In this document: positions 1 through 8,952 of the stretch, in pieces | How positions within the stretch are numbered: the first letter of the stretch is position 1 | How the letters are laid out: every line of letters starts with the position of its first letter | Assembly: GCA_963742735.1 (NCBI GenBank) | Contig: CAVUMN010000004.1 | Location: 544,001 to 608,000, forward strand | DNA from: an uncultured Actinomycetes bacterium | Lineage (GTDB): Bacteria; Actinomycetota; UBA4738; JBBDTT01 | Reading direction: 5' to 3' | Length of the DNA stretch: 64,000 bases | Position numbers and translations under genes: made by a program | Notes under the pieces: model-generated | The model's database searches: none | Seen by the model: the letters and a program-made list of their open reading frames with translations, nothing else | What the model was told of the DNA's origin: nothing

Positions 1-2
1 TC

Positions 3-1070
3 TCCAACCGCGCCATCGAGCTGGCCGGCGGGGAGATGGGCTCGAAGGCCCCGGTCCACCCGAACGACCACGTGAACCTGTCGCAGTCCTCCAACGACAC
101 GTTCCCGACCGCGATGCACGTAGCCGCGGCGAACGCGATCGTCGAGCGGCTGCTGCCGAGCGTCCGCGCGCTGCGCGACGCCCTGGACGCCAAGGCCCGC
201 GAGTTCGACGACATCGTGAAGATCGGCCGGACCCACCTGCAGGACGCGGTTCCGCTCACGCTGGGCCAGGAGTTCTCCGGCTACGTCGCGCAGCTGGACG
301 ACGGCATCGCGCGCATCGAGGCCACGCTGCCCGGGCTGTACCGGCTGGCGATCGGCGGGACCGCGGTGGGCACGGGGCTGAACGCGCCGGAGGGGTTCGG
401 GGCGAAGGTCGCGGCGAGGATCGCCGAGCTCACCGAGCTGCCGTTCCAGGCCGCGCCGAACCCGTTCGCCGCGCTGGCGGCCCACGACGCGATGGTGTTC
501 GCGCACGGCGCGATCCGCACGCTGGCCGTCTCGCTGATGAAGATCGCCAACGATGTGCGGTGGCTGGGCTCGGGCCCGCGCAGCGGGCTGGGCGAGCTCG
601 AGCTTCCCGAGAACGAGCCGGGGAGCTCGATCATGCCGGGCAAGGTCAACCCGACCCAGTCCGAGGCCATGACGATGGTCTGTGTCCAGGTCATGGGCAA
701 CGACGTCGCGGTGATGGTGGCCGGCTCGCAGGGCAACTTCGAGCTCAACGTCTTTAAGCCGGTGATCGTCCGCAACGTGCTGCACTCGGTGGCGATCCTG
801 GCCGACGCCTGCCAGACCTTCCGCGAGTTCTGCGTGGAGGGCATCAAGCCGAACCGCGAGCGGATCAAGGAGCTCGTCGACAACTCGCTGATGCTCGTGA
901 CCGCCCTCAGCCCCAAGATCGGCTACGACAAGGCCGCCGAGATCGCGAAGAAAGCCCACGTCGAAGGCACGACGCTCAAGGAAGCGGCCCTGTCCCTCGG
1001 CTACCTAACGGAGGACGAGTACGACGCCGCGGTGGTCCCCGAGAACATGACGAAGCCCGATCAGATCTGA
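3..1070 (+). CDS. fumC: Class II fumarate hydratase (5' end outside the window)
   Basis: Motifs [30 protein letters not shown] and the signature [13 protein letters not shown]; the frame is open to the window edge ([12 protein letters not shown]). Confidence 0.97.
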   Translation, partial: SNRAIELAGGEMGSKAPVHPNDHVNLSQSSNDTFPTAMHVAAANAIVERLLPSVRALRDALDAKAREFDDIVKIGRTHLQDAVPLTLGQEFSGYVAQLDDGIARIEATLPGLYRLAIGGTAVGTGLNAPEGFGAKVAARIAELTELPFQAAPNPFAALAAHDAMVFAHGAIRTLAVSLMKIANDVRWLGSGPRSGLGELELPENEPGSSIMPGKVNPTQSEAMTMVCVQVMGNDVAVMVAGSQGNFELNVFKPVIVRNVLHSVAILADACQTFREFCVEGIKPNRERIKELVDNSLMLVTALSPKIGYDKAAEIAKKAHVEGTTLKEAALSLGYLTEDEYDAAVVPENMTKPDQI

Positions 1071-1074
1071 CGGA

Positions 1075-1242
1075 GCGGCCGAGTTTCGGGACGGCGCCCT
1101 CGAGGACACGGTCGAGCTGCTCGCGGACCCTGAGGCTTTGAAGGAGATCGAGAAACCGCGCCGGGAGATCGCGCAAAGGGATGTCCATCGGCGCAGACGA
1201 GCGCGCGAGCGCTATCTCCGTTCGGAGCCAGAGGAGAAGTGA
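1075..1242 (+). pseudogene. Remnant of a Phd/YefM-type antitoxin C-terminus
   Basis: The frame reads AAEFRDGALEDTVELLADPEALKEIEKPRREIA...RERYL, resembling the 'SLEETLELLSDPEA..EI..AR.EIA.G' tail of actinobacterial Phd/YefM antitoxins. There is no start codon (in-frame TGA at 1048) and no N-terminal DNA-binding domain. Confidence 0.5.
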
Positions 1243-1607
1243 GCCGCAGAATCTGACGGTCCGTCAGAGTTCCGTTTCGGCATCCACTTGCTCGTGACGA
1301 GGGCAAGAGATCCGAGAACGGCGTTGCCCAGGAGCCACCCCGGGATCACGTAGAACAAGAACAGCACGTCGGACCAGTACGGGAGGAGGGGATCCGGGTC
1401 GCACCCAGCCGGGAGCGGTAGTGCTTCGCAAGGGTCTCTCACCAGCCGGAGTCCGATCAGCCAGCCGATGGCCGCGGCATTGAACGTCAACCACAACACC
1501 ATGAGGAACCGGGTCTTCGGACGACGTTTGTGGATGACCGCCGCGACGAAAAGGACTGCCGGCAAGGTGAGCAGCAGTCCGATGGCGACGAGATTCGCTG
1601 CAGCCAC
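1212..1607 (-). CDS. Hypothetical membrane protein (about 3 TM)
   Basis: GTG start 3 nt after the adnB stop; three hydrophobic segments; Cys pair in a loop (DPCEAL...AGCDP). Confidence 0.6.
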   Translation of the reverse strand: MAAANLVAIGLLLTLPAVLFVAAVIHKRRPKTRFLMVLWLTFNAAAIGWLIGLRLVRDPCEALPLPAGCDPDPLLPYWSDVLFLFYVIPGWLLGNAVLGSLALVTSKWMPKRNSDGPSDSAAHFSSGSERR

Positions 1608-1610
1608 TAG

Positions 1611-4600
1611 TTAGTCGCCGTTCGCGGCGAGCCAGGCCCGTCCCGGGTCGCAGAAGGCGGTGAAGTCGCAGTTTCGGCAGTGGGGGCCGGGGGTGGGATC
1701 GAAGTCCCTCGCGCCGATCCCGGTGACGAACTCCCGCACCCGCGCGCGGACCTCGTCGGCGCTCGGCGTCGGCACGGTGACCTCGGCGTCCGAGGACAGG
1801 TAGTAGTAGGTGAGCTTCAGCTCCTCCGGCGCCTTCTTCCAGATCTCCATCGCCGCCAGCGCGTAGATCGCGAGCTGGAGCCCGGAGCCGCCGTCGGTCT
1901 CCTCGGGCTTCCGCCCGGTCTTGAAGTCGACGATCTCCCACGGGCCGTCGAATGCGCCGTACACCGCGTCGATCCGCCCCCGCACCAGCGTCCCGTCGAC
2001 GAACAGCTCGAACGGCCGCTCGGTGAACAGCGGGATCTCGCCGGCGTACCGGCTGGCCCGCCACACGTCCTTGAGCCGCGCCTCCTGGCCGGGGCCGGCG
2101 TCGTCGGCGGGGGAGAGGTCGGGGAGCGCGTCCAGGTCCAGCAGCCGGCCCTGGCCGCGCGACTCCTGTTCGATCCACCGGTGGATCGAGGTGCCGAGGG
2201 CCGCGGCCGCGCTCGGCCGCCGCGGCAGGGGACGCACCGCCGACCAGTAGAAGCGTTTCGGGCACCGGGCGTACGTCTCCAGCCCGCTCACCGAGAGGCC
2301 GCTCGGCAGCGGCCGGGCCCGCGACTCCGTGGACGGGTCGCGTTCACCGAGGGCGGCGATGCGCTCCACCGCCGCGGCGCGCCGGCGGTCGTACTCGCTC
2401 CGTTCGCCGGGATCGAGTCCCGCGGCGAGCCGCTCCGGCAGGTCGGGGTCCTCGCCCACGCCCTCGGCCGCGCTCCGCCACCCCGACGTGAACACGCCGT
2501 CCGCGGCCTCCGGGCGCGCGTCGATCGGCCATTGCGCGGCCCGGGCCTGCCGGATGGGGATCAGCGGGTTGTTCTCGGGCAGGGCCTCCTCCTCGGTCAG
2601 CTTGTCCTGGAACAGGACCTCGGTCTCCTCGCACGCCGCGATCTCCTGATAGAAGCGCCCCGGGACCAGCGGCTGCTCCAGGTTTCCGTCCGAGCCCTCG
2701 TACCACTGCCCGGAGCTGACCACGAGCAGCTCTCGGGCCCGGGTCAGCGCGACGTAGCAGTTTCGGCGCTCGGCCTCCTCGGCCCTGAGCTTCAGCTCGG
2801 CGCGCCACGGCTTCACGCCGTCCTTCGGGTCGGGGAACCCGTCGAACTCGCGGCGCAGCGTGTAGGGCACGGACGCCGCCGACGTCAGCGGGTTCTCGTC
2901 GCGGCCCGTGTCGGGGAAGATCGAAGACCGTCCCCACTCGCCGCCCTCGGCCATGCCCGGCACGAACACCACGTCCCACTCCAGGCCCTTGGCTTTGTGG
3001 ATCGTCATGAGCTTCACCGTGTCGGCGCCCGAGGGCTGCACGGCCTCGAGCTCCTCCTCGGCCTCCTCGGCCCGGTCCAGGTAGTCCAGGACCGCCTGCA
3101 GCGTGGCCTCGCCGGCCAGCGGCGCGAAGCCGGCCAGGTGGTCCAGGAAGGCCAGCACGTTCTGCCGGATCCCGACCGCAGCCTTGCGCGGCGACGCGTC
3201 GAGCTCGGCCAGCAACCCCGTGATCTCCGCGATCGCGAAGCAGAGCTCGGCCGGGGGCAGGGCCGCGCGCGCCCGAAGCGAGGCCAACTCTTCGGTGAAC
3301 TCCTGCAGCCGCTCCCGCGCCTCGTCGGAGAGGTCCGTGACCTCGTCCAGGTGATCGAGCGCCTCGACCAGCGCGAACGCGGTCTCGCCGGGGGAGGGGT
3401 CGTCCTCCTCGGCCACCGCCAGCCGGAACTGGTAGTTGTGCTCGGCCGACCACGCCGACAGCCGGGCCAGGTCGCGGTACCCGATCCGCCACCGCGGCCC
3501 CAGGAGCAGCCGCGCCAGCGAGACGTTGCGCGAGGGGTCGGCGATCACCCGCAGGTACGCGACCAGGTCGACGATCTCCGGCGCGCGAAGCAGCCCGCCG
3601 ACGTCGACGACCTCGGTCGGGATGTCGGCCGCGCGCAGCCGCTCGTCGATCGTGCGGAACAGCCGCTTCTTCCGGCACAGCACGGCGATCTGCCCGTAGG
3701 CCCGGCCGCCCGCGACCTGTTCCTGGATGAGCTTCGCGATCTGGTCGGCCTCGGCCGTCTGGTCCCGTGCGACGAACGCCACCACGCGCCCCTCGCCCCG
3801 GCTGGGGTGGGGGATCAGGCGCTTGTCCTTCGCGCGGCGCTCCTCGGGGACGGACTGGATGACCTGGTTCGCCACGCTGAGGATCCGGCTCCCCGAGCGG
3901 AAATTCACGAACAGGGGCCGGTGGGGTGCCTCGGCCTCGCCGGGCGCGGCGAACTCCGAGCCGAACTCCAGCAGGTTGCGCAGGCTCGCGCCGCGCCACG
4001 CGTAGATGTTCTGGTCGGGGTCGCCGACCGCCGTCACCGGGAACGGCGGCGGGAACAGCGCCCGCATCAGCCGGGCCTGGGCCTCGTTCGTGTCCTGGTA
4101 CTCGTCGAGCAGGGCCACCCGGTACCGGTCGCGCAGCTCCTCGCCGACCTCCGGGAACTCCTCGGCCAGGCGGACCGCGAGCTCGATCTGGTCGCCGTAG
4201 TCCACGCGATGGTGGAGCCGCTTGCGCTCGCGGTAGTCGGCGACGGCGCCGGCCAGCTCGACCCGCTGGCGAGCCCGGGCCATCGCCCGCTCCAGGTCCC
4301 GGTCGAGCTTCTGGCCGTCCATCGAGCGCAGGAACTCCCGACTGGCCCGCGCGACGTCATCGGGGGAGACCAGCAGGTTCGCGCACTGGTCGGCCAGCTG
4401 CAGGATCTGCCCGGTCACGTACGGGGGATGGCGGACCTCGAGCTCGTTGAACGTCCGGTCCTCCATCACCTGGGCGACCAGGTCCCACTTCTGGGCCTCG
4501 GCCAGCAGGCTCGCCCCCGGCTCCAGTCCGAGCCGCAGCGCGTAGGTCTGCAGGAGCATCGCCCCGAACGCGTGGTAGGTCAGGACGGTCGGCTCCTCGG

Positions 4601-4958
4601 TCTCGTCCAGGCCCAGGCCCTCGACGGCCACGCGCGTCTTGCGGGACAGGTGCTCCGCGGCTTTGTTGGTGAACGTCAGGCCGAGGACCTCCGACGGCAG
4701 GGCGCCGTCGTGGCCGGCTTCGATCCGGCCGAGCTTCACCAGGCTGAGGTACGCGATCCGGGCCGCCATCAGCGAGGTCTTCCCCGAGCCCGCCCCGGCC
4801 ACGATGGCGAAGGAGTGCAGCGGGTGGCTGATCGCTTCCCACTGCTGCATCGTGGGGACGACCCCGCCCATGGCCGCGACGATCTCGGCCGGGCAGTCCT
4901 CGAACGGCGCGGCCGGGTCCACCCCCGAGGGGGCATTCGTGCGAGCGGCCGGGCTCAC
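1611..4958 (-). CDS. adnB: ATP-dependent helicase-nuclease, AdnB-like (UvrD motor + PD-(D/E)XK nuclease)
   Basis: AGAGSGKT, LTFTNKAA, LLDEYQDT, VGDPDQNIYAWRGA, TIHKAKGLEW, YVALTRAR; nuclease RGRIDAV...IVDFKTG. GTG start overlaps the upstream stop (GTGA at 4955-4958). Confidence 0.9.
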   Translation of the reverse strand: MSPAARTNAPSGVDPAAPFEDCPAEIVAAMGGVVPTMQQWEAISHPLHSFAIVAGAGSGKTSLMAARIAYLSLVKLGRIEAGHDGALPSEVLGLTFTNKAAEHLSRKTRVAVEGLGLDETEEPTVLTYHAFGAMLLQTYALRLGLEPGASLLAEAQKWDLVAQVMEDRTFNELEVRHPPYVTGQILQLADQCANLLVSPDDVARASREFLRSMDGQKLDRDLERAMARARQRVELAGAVADYRERKRLHHRVDYGDQIELAVRLAEEFPEVGEELRDRYRVALLDEYQDTNEAQARLMRALFPPPFPVTAVGDPDQNIYAWRGASLRNLLEFGSEFAAPGEAEAPHRPLFVNFRSGSRILSVANQVIQSVPEERRAKDKRLIPHPSRGEGRVVAFVARDQTAEADQIAKLIQEQVAGGRAYGQIAVLCRKKRLFRTIDERLRAADIPTEVVDVGGLLRAPEIVDLVAYLRVIADPSRNVSLARLLLGPRWRIGYRDLARLSAWSAEHNYQFRLAVAEEDDPSPGETAFALVEALDHLDEVTDLSDEARERLQEFTEELASLRARAALPPAELCFAIAEITGLLAELDASPRKAAVGIRQNVLAFLDHLAGFAPLAGEATLQAVLDYLDRAEEAEEELEAVQPSGADTVKLMTIHKAKGLEWDVVFVPGMAEGGEWGRSSIFPDTGRDENPLTSAASVPYTLRREFDGFPDPKDGVKPWRAELKLRAEEAERRNCYVALTRARELLVVSSGQWYEGSDGNLEQPLVPGRFYQEIAACEETEVLFQDKLTEEEALPENNPLIPIRQARAAQWPIDARPEAADGVFTSGWRSAAEGVGEDPDLPERLAAGLDPGERSEYDRRRAAAVERIAALGERDPSTESRARPLPSGLSVSGLETYARCPKRFYWSAVRPLPRRPSAAAALGTSIHRWIEQESRGQGRLLDLDALPDLSPADDAGPGQEARLKDVWRASRYAGEIPLFTERPFELFVDGTLVRGRIDAVYGAFDGPWEIVDFKTGRKPEETDGGSGLQLAIYALAAMEIWKKAPEELKLTYYYLSSDAEVTVPTPSADEVRARVREFVTGIGARDFDPTPGPHCRNCDFTAFCDPGRAWLAANGD

Positions 4959-7858
4959 AGCCCCACCTCCGCGCCCTCGGGCCAGACCGGGCACAGCGAG
5001 CGGTACGCGCAGTTGCGGCACTTGGCCTCGGGGTTGGGGGCGAACGCCTCGGCCCGGATCCCCTCCAGGTAGCCGTGGATGCGCTCCTCGAACTTCGGGA
5101 TGTCCTCCTTTGTCGGACGCGAGGTCCGGCGCACCGTCCCCGCGTCCGAGGTCCCCAGGTAGACGAGCTCCATCCGGTGTGGGTTCCCGAGCTTGCGCAG
5201 CTCGGGGTCGCGCCGGGCGGCCAGCAGGTACGCGCCGAGCTGCAGGTCCTCCTCCGCGTCCTTCTGGGCGATGGTCGAGCGGCCCGTCTTGTAGTCCAGG
5301 ACACGCAGGCCCTCGGGCATCACGACGACGGCGTCGATCCGCCCCCGCAGGATGGCGCCGTCCAGCGGGAACCGGAACGCATGCTCCACGACCGCCGGGG
5401 GCACCTCGGACTCGCTGGCCATGAACTTCTCGAACATGCGCGTGGCGTCGATGCGCCGGCGGTGCTCCACGGCGCGGCTGGGGAACACCTCCGGCCGCCA
5501 CAGCTCGTCGAGCCGGCGCTCCAGCCCCGCCAGGGTCCGTTCGATCGTGCCGTTCCAGAACTCCTCGATCACCTGATGCACGCGCGAGCCGAGCCACATG
5601 TGGTGGCTCCCGGTGAAGTCGAGCCCGAGCTCGGTGTCGTAGAGGTACTGCAGCGGGCAGTTCTCGAATGTGGACAGCCGGCTGTAGGAGGTCTTGAACT
5701 CGCCCACGTGCAGCGGCGGGCCCGGCGTCCAGTCTCGCGAGCCCCACCAGCGCTCGGGGCGGGCATCCAGCGCGGCGAGTCCCGCAAGCGCCGCGAGCCG
5801 TTCGGGGTCGGGGCGCTCGGAGTCGGCCAGGGTCCGGCGGTGCTCGGCCTCCGCCTGGGCGAGGGTTGGCGGCGGGCCCGGGTCGGGCGCGCCCCAAACG
5901 TCCGCGGGGACGAAGCGGCTCGGCGTGCGAGGCCGGCGGGAGTCGCGCGACTCACACGAGGTCAGGACGGTCCGTCGTCCGCGGGACACCGCCAGCCGGA
6001 ACAGCGCGCGTTCCTCGCGGAACCGCTCCTCGAACCGCTCGCGCGCCGTGCGCGGCGCGTCCAGGTCGTCCAGCGAGACCAGGGGCCGCGGCGCCGACAG
6101 GCTCGGGAACTCGCCCTCCAGGCAGCCCACCACGAACGCCAGCTCGAACTCCTCGCCGTGCGCCCGGTGTGCCGACAGGATGCGGACGGCGTCGGGCAGG
6201 CGGTCCTCCGGCGGGACGAACGGCTCGGGCCCGAAGTCGGCCTGCTCCAGCGCGTCCAGGTACTCGGCCAGCAGGCTCCACGGCCGCCGCTCACGGAACC
6301 GGGACAGCGAGTTGCCGAAGGCGTACAGCGAGTCCAGGTCGCGGTTGGCGCGCTCGGCCGGGGCGGGGTCGTCCGAGTCGGCCTGCGCGACGAGCCCGCG
6401 CGGGTACGGGAGCCGCTCCCACAGCGCGAAGAACACCTCGTCGGGCCGGCGCTCGTCCTTCACCTGACGGGTGAGCAGCTCGACCGTCTCCCACAGATCG
6501 GCGAGCCGTTCGCGTATCGGCGCCGGGACGTCCTCGGGCGGGGACTGGCACAGCTCGAGCAGCGAGACCATGGGCACGCTGGCGCGGGCCGCGCGGCGCA
6601 GGGTGCGCACGTCGTGCGGGTGCAGCCCGACGACGAAGGACACGAGCAGGCCCTCCAGGACCTCCTCCCGCCGCTCGGGGCGCAGCGCGAACCGCAGCAG
6701 GTGGACGATCGGGCGGACCGCCGGCTCGGAGACGAGCGCCGACGCCTCGCCGCTGACGACGTGGGGGACGCCGTGGTGGGTGAGCGCCCGGCGCAGCGCC
6801 GCGACGTACTCGCCGTGGCGGCGGACCACGATGGCCACGTCGCCCCAGGGGACGGCCGCCTCCAGGTGGGCCCGCAGGATCTCTCGCGCCACCGCGTCGG
6901 CCTCCTCCGAGGGCTGCGCGAACCCCCACGCCTCGAGCTCGGCCGCGTCCAGGCGCGCCCCCGCGGCCAGCGCGTCGCACAGCCGGCGAGGACCGTCTGC
7001 CAGCCGGTGGCAGCGTTCCAGCGCGACGGTGTCGACGTCGCCGCGCCCCGCCAGTCGCGTCACGGGCCGGCCGGTGGCCCCGCGGAACGAGAACACCCGG
7101 CCCGCCGGGTCGGCCGCGACGACGACCGTGGCCGCGCCGGACTCGAGGGTCGCCAGGAGGCGCTCGGCCGCCGGGGCCACGTCCTGGTAGTCGTCGACCA
7201 GGACGTGCTCGAGCTCGGGCCCGCCGAGCTTCTCGGCCGCCGCCACGGCCTGGTTGAGCAGGCCGGCGAAGTCGACCTCGTTGGCGCTGCCGATCGCGTC
7301 GACGTAGCGCCCGTAGAACCGTGACACCTCCGCAAGGTCCGCGCGGCCGGCGGCCTCGGCGCTCGCCAGCAGGTCCTCGGGCTGCAGGAGCCGCTCCTGC
7401 GAGCGCAGGACGAAGTCGGCGACCTCGCGGCCGAACCGGTTGAGCCCCAGGTATCGCCCGAGGGTGGGCCAGTCCTCCGGGGACTCGGCGCCGAGGAGCT
7501 CCGCGACCCGGCCGTACTGCTCGGGCGCGGTCAGCAGGCGGGGCGGCTCCGCGTACTCCAGGGCCTCGAATCGCTGGCCCAGGACCCGAAGCGCCAGGCC
7601 GTGCCAGGTCAGGACCGGGAGGTCCGGCAGGCTCCGGCCGAGCCGGCGGAACAGCCGGGTCCGCGCCGCCTGGGCCCCGCGCCGGGACAGGCAAAGCATG
7701 ACCATCCTGTCGGGGTCGGCGCCGCCCTCGATGAGCCGCGCGAACCGCTCGAGCAGGAGCGTCGTCTTGCCCGTCCCCGGCCCGCCGGTGACCAGCAGGG
7801 GCCCGCGGGCGTGCTCCAGGACGCGCGTCTGGGAAGGGTCGAACGAGAGGGGGGACAT
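4955..7858 (-). CDS. adnA: ATP-dependent helicase-nuclease, AdnA-like
   Basis: GGPGTGKT, degenerate Walker B VDDYQD, GRIDAV...LDYKTG nuclease, Cys staple (NCPLQY...CRNCAYRSLC); tandem with the adnB-like gene. ATG lies 7 nt after TAGCAT (-10). Confidence 0.88.
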   Translation of the reverse strand: MSPLSFDPSQTRVLEHARGPLLVTGGPGTGKTTLLLERFARLIEGGADPDRMVMLCLSRRGAQAARTRLFRRLGRSLPDLPVLTWHGLALRVLGQRFEALEYAEPPRLLTAPEQYGRVAELLGAESPEDWPTLGRYLGLNRFGREVADFVLRSQERLLQPEDLLASAEAAGRADLAEVSRFYGRYVDAIGSANEVDFAGLLNQAVAAAEKLGGPELEHVLVDDYQDVAPAAERLLATLESGAATVVVAADPAGRVFSFRGATGRPVTRLAGRGDVDTVALERCHRLADGPRRLCDALAAGARLDAAELEAWGFAQPSEEADAVAREILRAHLEAAVPWGDVAIVVRRHGEYVAALRRALTHHGVPHVVSGEASALVSEPAVRPIVHLLRFALRPERREEVLEGLLVSFVVGLHPHDVRTLRRAARASVPMVSLLELCQSPPEDVPAPIRERLADLWETVELLTRQVKDERRPDEVFFALWERLPYPRGLVAQADSDDPAPAERANRDLDSLYAFGNSLSRFRERRPWSLLAEYLDALEQADFGPEPFVPPEDRLPDAVRILSAHRAHGEEFELAFVVGCLEGEFPSLSAPRPLVSLDDLDAPRTARERFEERFREERALFRLAVSRGRRTVLTSCESRDSRRPRTPSRFVPADVWGAPDPGPPPTLAQAEAEHRRTLADSERPDPERLAALAGLAALDARPERWWGSRDWTPGPPLHVGEFKTSYSRLSTFENCPLQYLYDTELGLDFTGSHHMWLGSRVHQVIEEFWNGTIERTLAGLERRLDELWRPEVFPSRAVEHRRRIDATRMFEKFMASESEVPPAVVEHAFRFPLDGAILRGRIDAVVVMPEGLRVLDYKTGRSTIAQKDAEEDLQLGAYLLAARRDPELRKLGNPHRMELVYLGTSDAGTVRRTSRPTKEDIPKFEERIHGYLEGIRAEAFAPNPEAKCRNCAYRSLCPVWPEGAEVGL

Positions 7859-7905
7859 CGACCGAATGCTACTGCGAGGTACCGACACGACCTCCGGGAC
7901 GCGGA

Positions 7906-7933
7906 ACGGGCGGGCCCGGAAGGGCCCGCCCGT
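7906..7933 (-). terminator. GC-rich hairpin, probable terminator of the 7954..8373 gene
   Basis: ACGGGCGGGCCC-GGAA-GGGCCCGCCCGT, a perfect 12-bp stem 20 nt past the stop codon; weak U-tract. Confidence 0.6.
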
Positions 7934-7953
7934 GGTTGCTCGTTCGGTGCGCC

Positions 7954-8373
7954 TTATCCCTGGCCCGAGTGGTCGCCCTCGTCGTCGGCGTTGCCCGGCC
8001 CGGAGTTCTCCGAGGGGCCGGAGTTGTCGTCGCCCTCGTCGTCGGCGTTGCCCGGCCCGGAGTTCTCGGACGGGCCGGAGTTGTCGACACCGTCGTCGTC
8101 GTCGAACGGGCCGTCGTCGAACGGGCCGTCGTCATCGGCGCTCGGGGTGGGGTTCGGGGTCGGCCCGGCGGTCGGGTCGTCTTCGGGGATCTGCGGTCCC
8201 GCGCACCTGGGGTCGTTCGCGTGCTCGGGCTCGTCGCACGGGCCCTTCACGTCGATCGTGCCGGGGGTCGTGGACGAGCTCTGCCCCAGCGTCACCGCCG
8301 CGGTGGCAATCCCCGCCGCGACCAGGATGAAGGCCGCCGCGACCAGCATGAGCTTCAGCGATCTTCCGAACAT
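7954..8373 (-). CDS. Secreted acidic, low-complexity protein
   Basis: GAGGAGGA RBS; signal peptide MFGRSLKLMLVAAAFILVAAGIATA; motif GPCDEPEHANDPRC; DDNSGP repeats. Confidence 0.8.
   Translation of the reverse strand: MFGRSLKLMLVAAAFILVAAGIATAAVTLGQSSSTTPGTIDVKGPCDEPEHANDPRCAGPQIPEDDPTAGPTPNPTPSADDDGPFDDGPFDDDDGVDNSGPSENSGPGNADDEGDDNSGPSENSGPGNADDEGDHSGQG
7972..8085. repeat. 57-bp tandem repeat x2 (coding, DNSGPSENSGPGNADDEGD)
   Basis: 7972-8028 and 8029-8085 are near-identical. Confidence 0.9.
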
Positions 8374-8403
8374 GGTTCCTCCTCTCGTTTCGAACGTGGC
8401 TCC

Positions 8404-8460
8404 ACCGTAGAGAGGGGGGTGCTAGGGGCCGGCCAACGCCGGGGAAAGGGGGGGTGAAGG
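8404..8460 (-). promoter_or_regulatory. -10 (TACGGT) with phased 11-bp half-sites; putative OmpR-family box
   Basis: + strand pentamers TAGGG/CAACG/AAAGG/GAAGG at 8423, 8434, 8445 and 8456, starting 14 nt from the -10. Confidence 0.5.
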
Positions 8461-8462
8461 GC

Positions 8463-8888
8463 TCAGTCGTCCGAGGAGTCGTCCCCGCCGCCGGGCCCGG
8501 AGTTGTCGCCGCCGCCCGAGCCGCTGCCGGAGGAGTCCGAGCCCGAGCCGCTGCCGGAGGAGTCGTCCGCGCCCGAGTCGTCGGAGCCGCTGCCGGAGGA
8601 GCCCGACCCCGAGGAATCCGAGCCGGACCCGGAGTTGGAGCCGCCGTCCTCCCCGTCCTCGACCTCGCCCGGCCCGCTCGAGCCCGAGCCGTCCCCGCCG
8701 AGGTCCGGTGTGGCGGCCGTGGGGGTCGGGCCGTCGTCGTCCTGGGGGACGAGCGGGGTGGGTGGATCGACCGGCCGCGTCGGGGTGGACAGGTCCCTCC
8801 CGGCCAGCGCGTACGCACTGAACGTCAGCCCGACGGCGAGCGCGATGCCGCCGACGGCCCACGCGGCGGCCAGGGCGTACCTCTTCAT
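8463..8888 (-). CDS. Secreted or membrane-anchored Ser/Gly/Asp-rich protein
   Basis: MKRYALAAAWAVGGIALAVGLTFSAYALAG followed by a disordered GSGSD tail; ATG 7 nt after TACCGT (-10). Confidence 0.8.
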   Translation of the reverse strand: MKRYALAAAWAVGGIALAVGLTFSAYALAGRDLSTPTRPVDPPTPLVPQDDDGPTPTAATPDLGGDGSGSSGPGEVEDGEDGGSNSGSGSDSSGSGSSGSGSDDSGADDSSGSGSGSDSSGSGSGGGDNSGPGGGDDSSDD

Positions 8889-8895
8889 GCCCATG

Positions 8896-8952
8896 ACGGT
8901 AGTCACCCGCGGACCAAGAACCCCGGGCGGCCGGGATAAGAGCGGGTTAAGA
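8896..8952 (-). promoter_or_regulatory. -10 (TACCGT) with a TCTTA-N6-TCTTA direct repeat; putative OmpR-family box
   Basis: + strand CAAGA (8915), TAAGA (8937), TAAGA (8948), in 11-bp phase. Confidence 0.6.

Noticed and set aside
1680-7324. Long plus-strand ORFs (1130 aa and 749 aa) and similar shadows at 29480..32062, 23221..25314 and 48296..50353
   Set aside because: Stop-poor antisense frames typical of high-GC DNA, lying opposite well-supported genes and lacking motifs.
7972-8085. 57-bp repeats as a CRISPR array or mobile element
   Set aside because: In-frame coding tandem repeats with no spacers.
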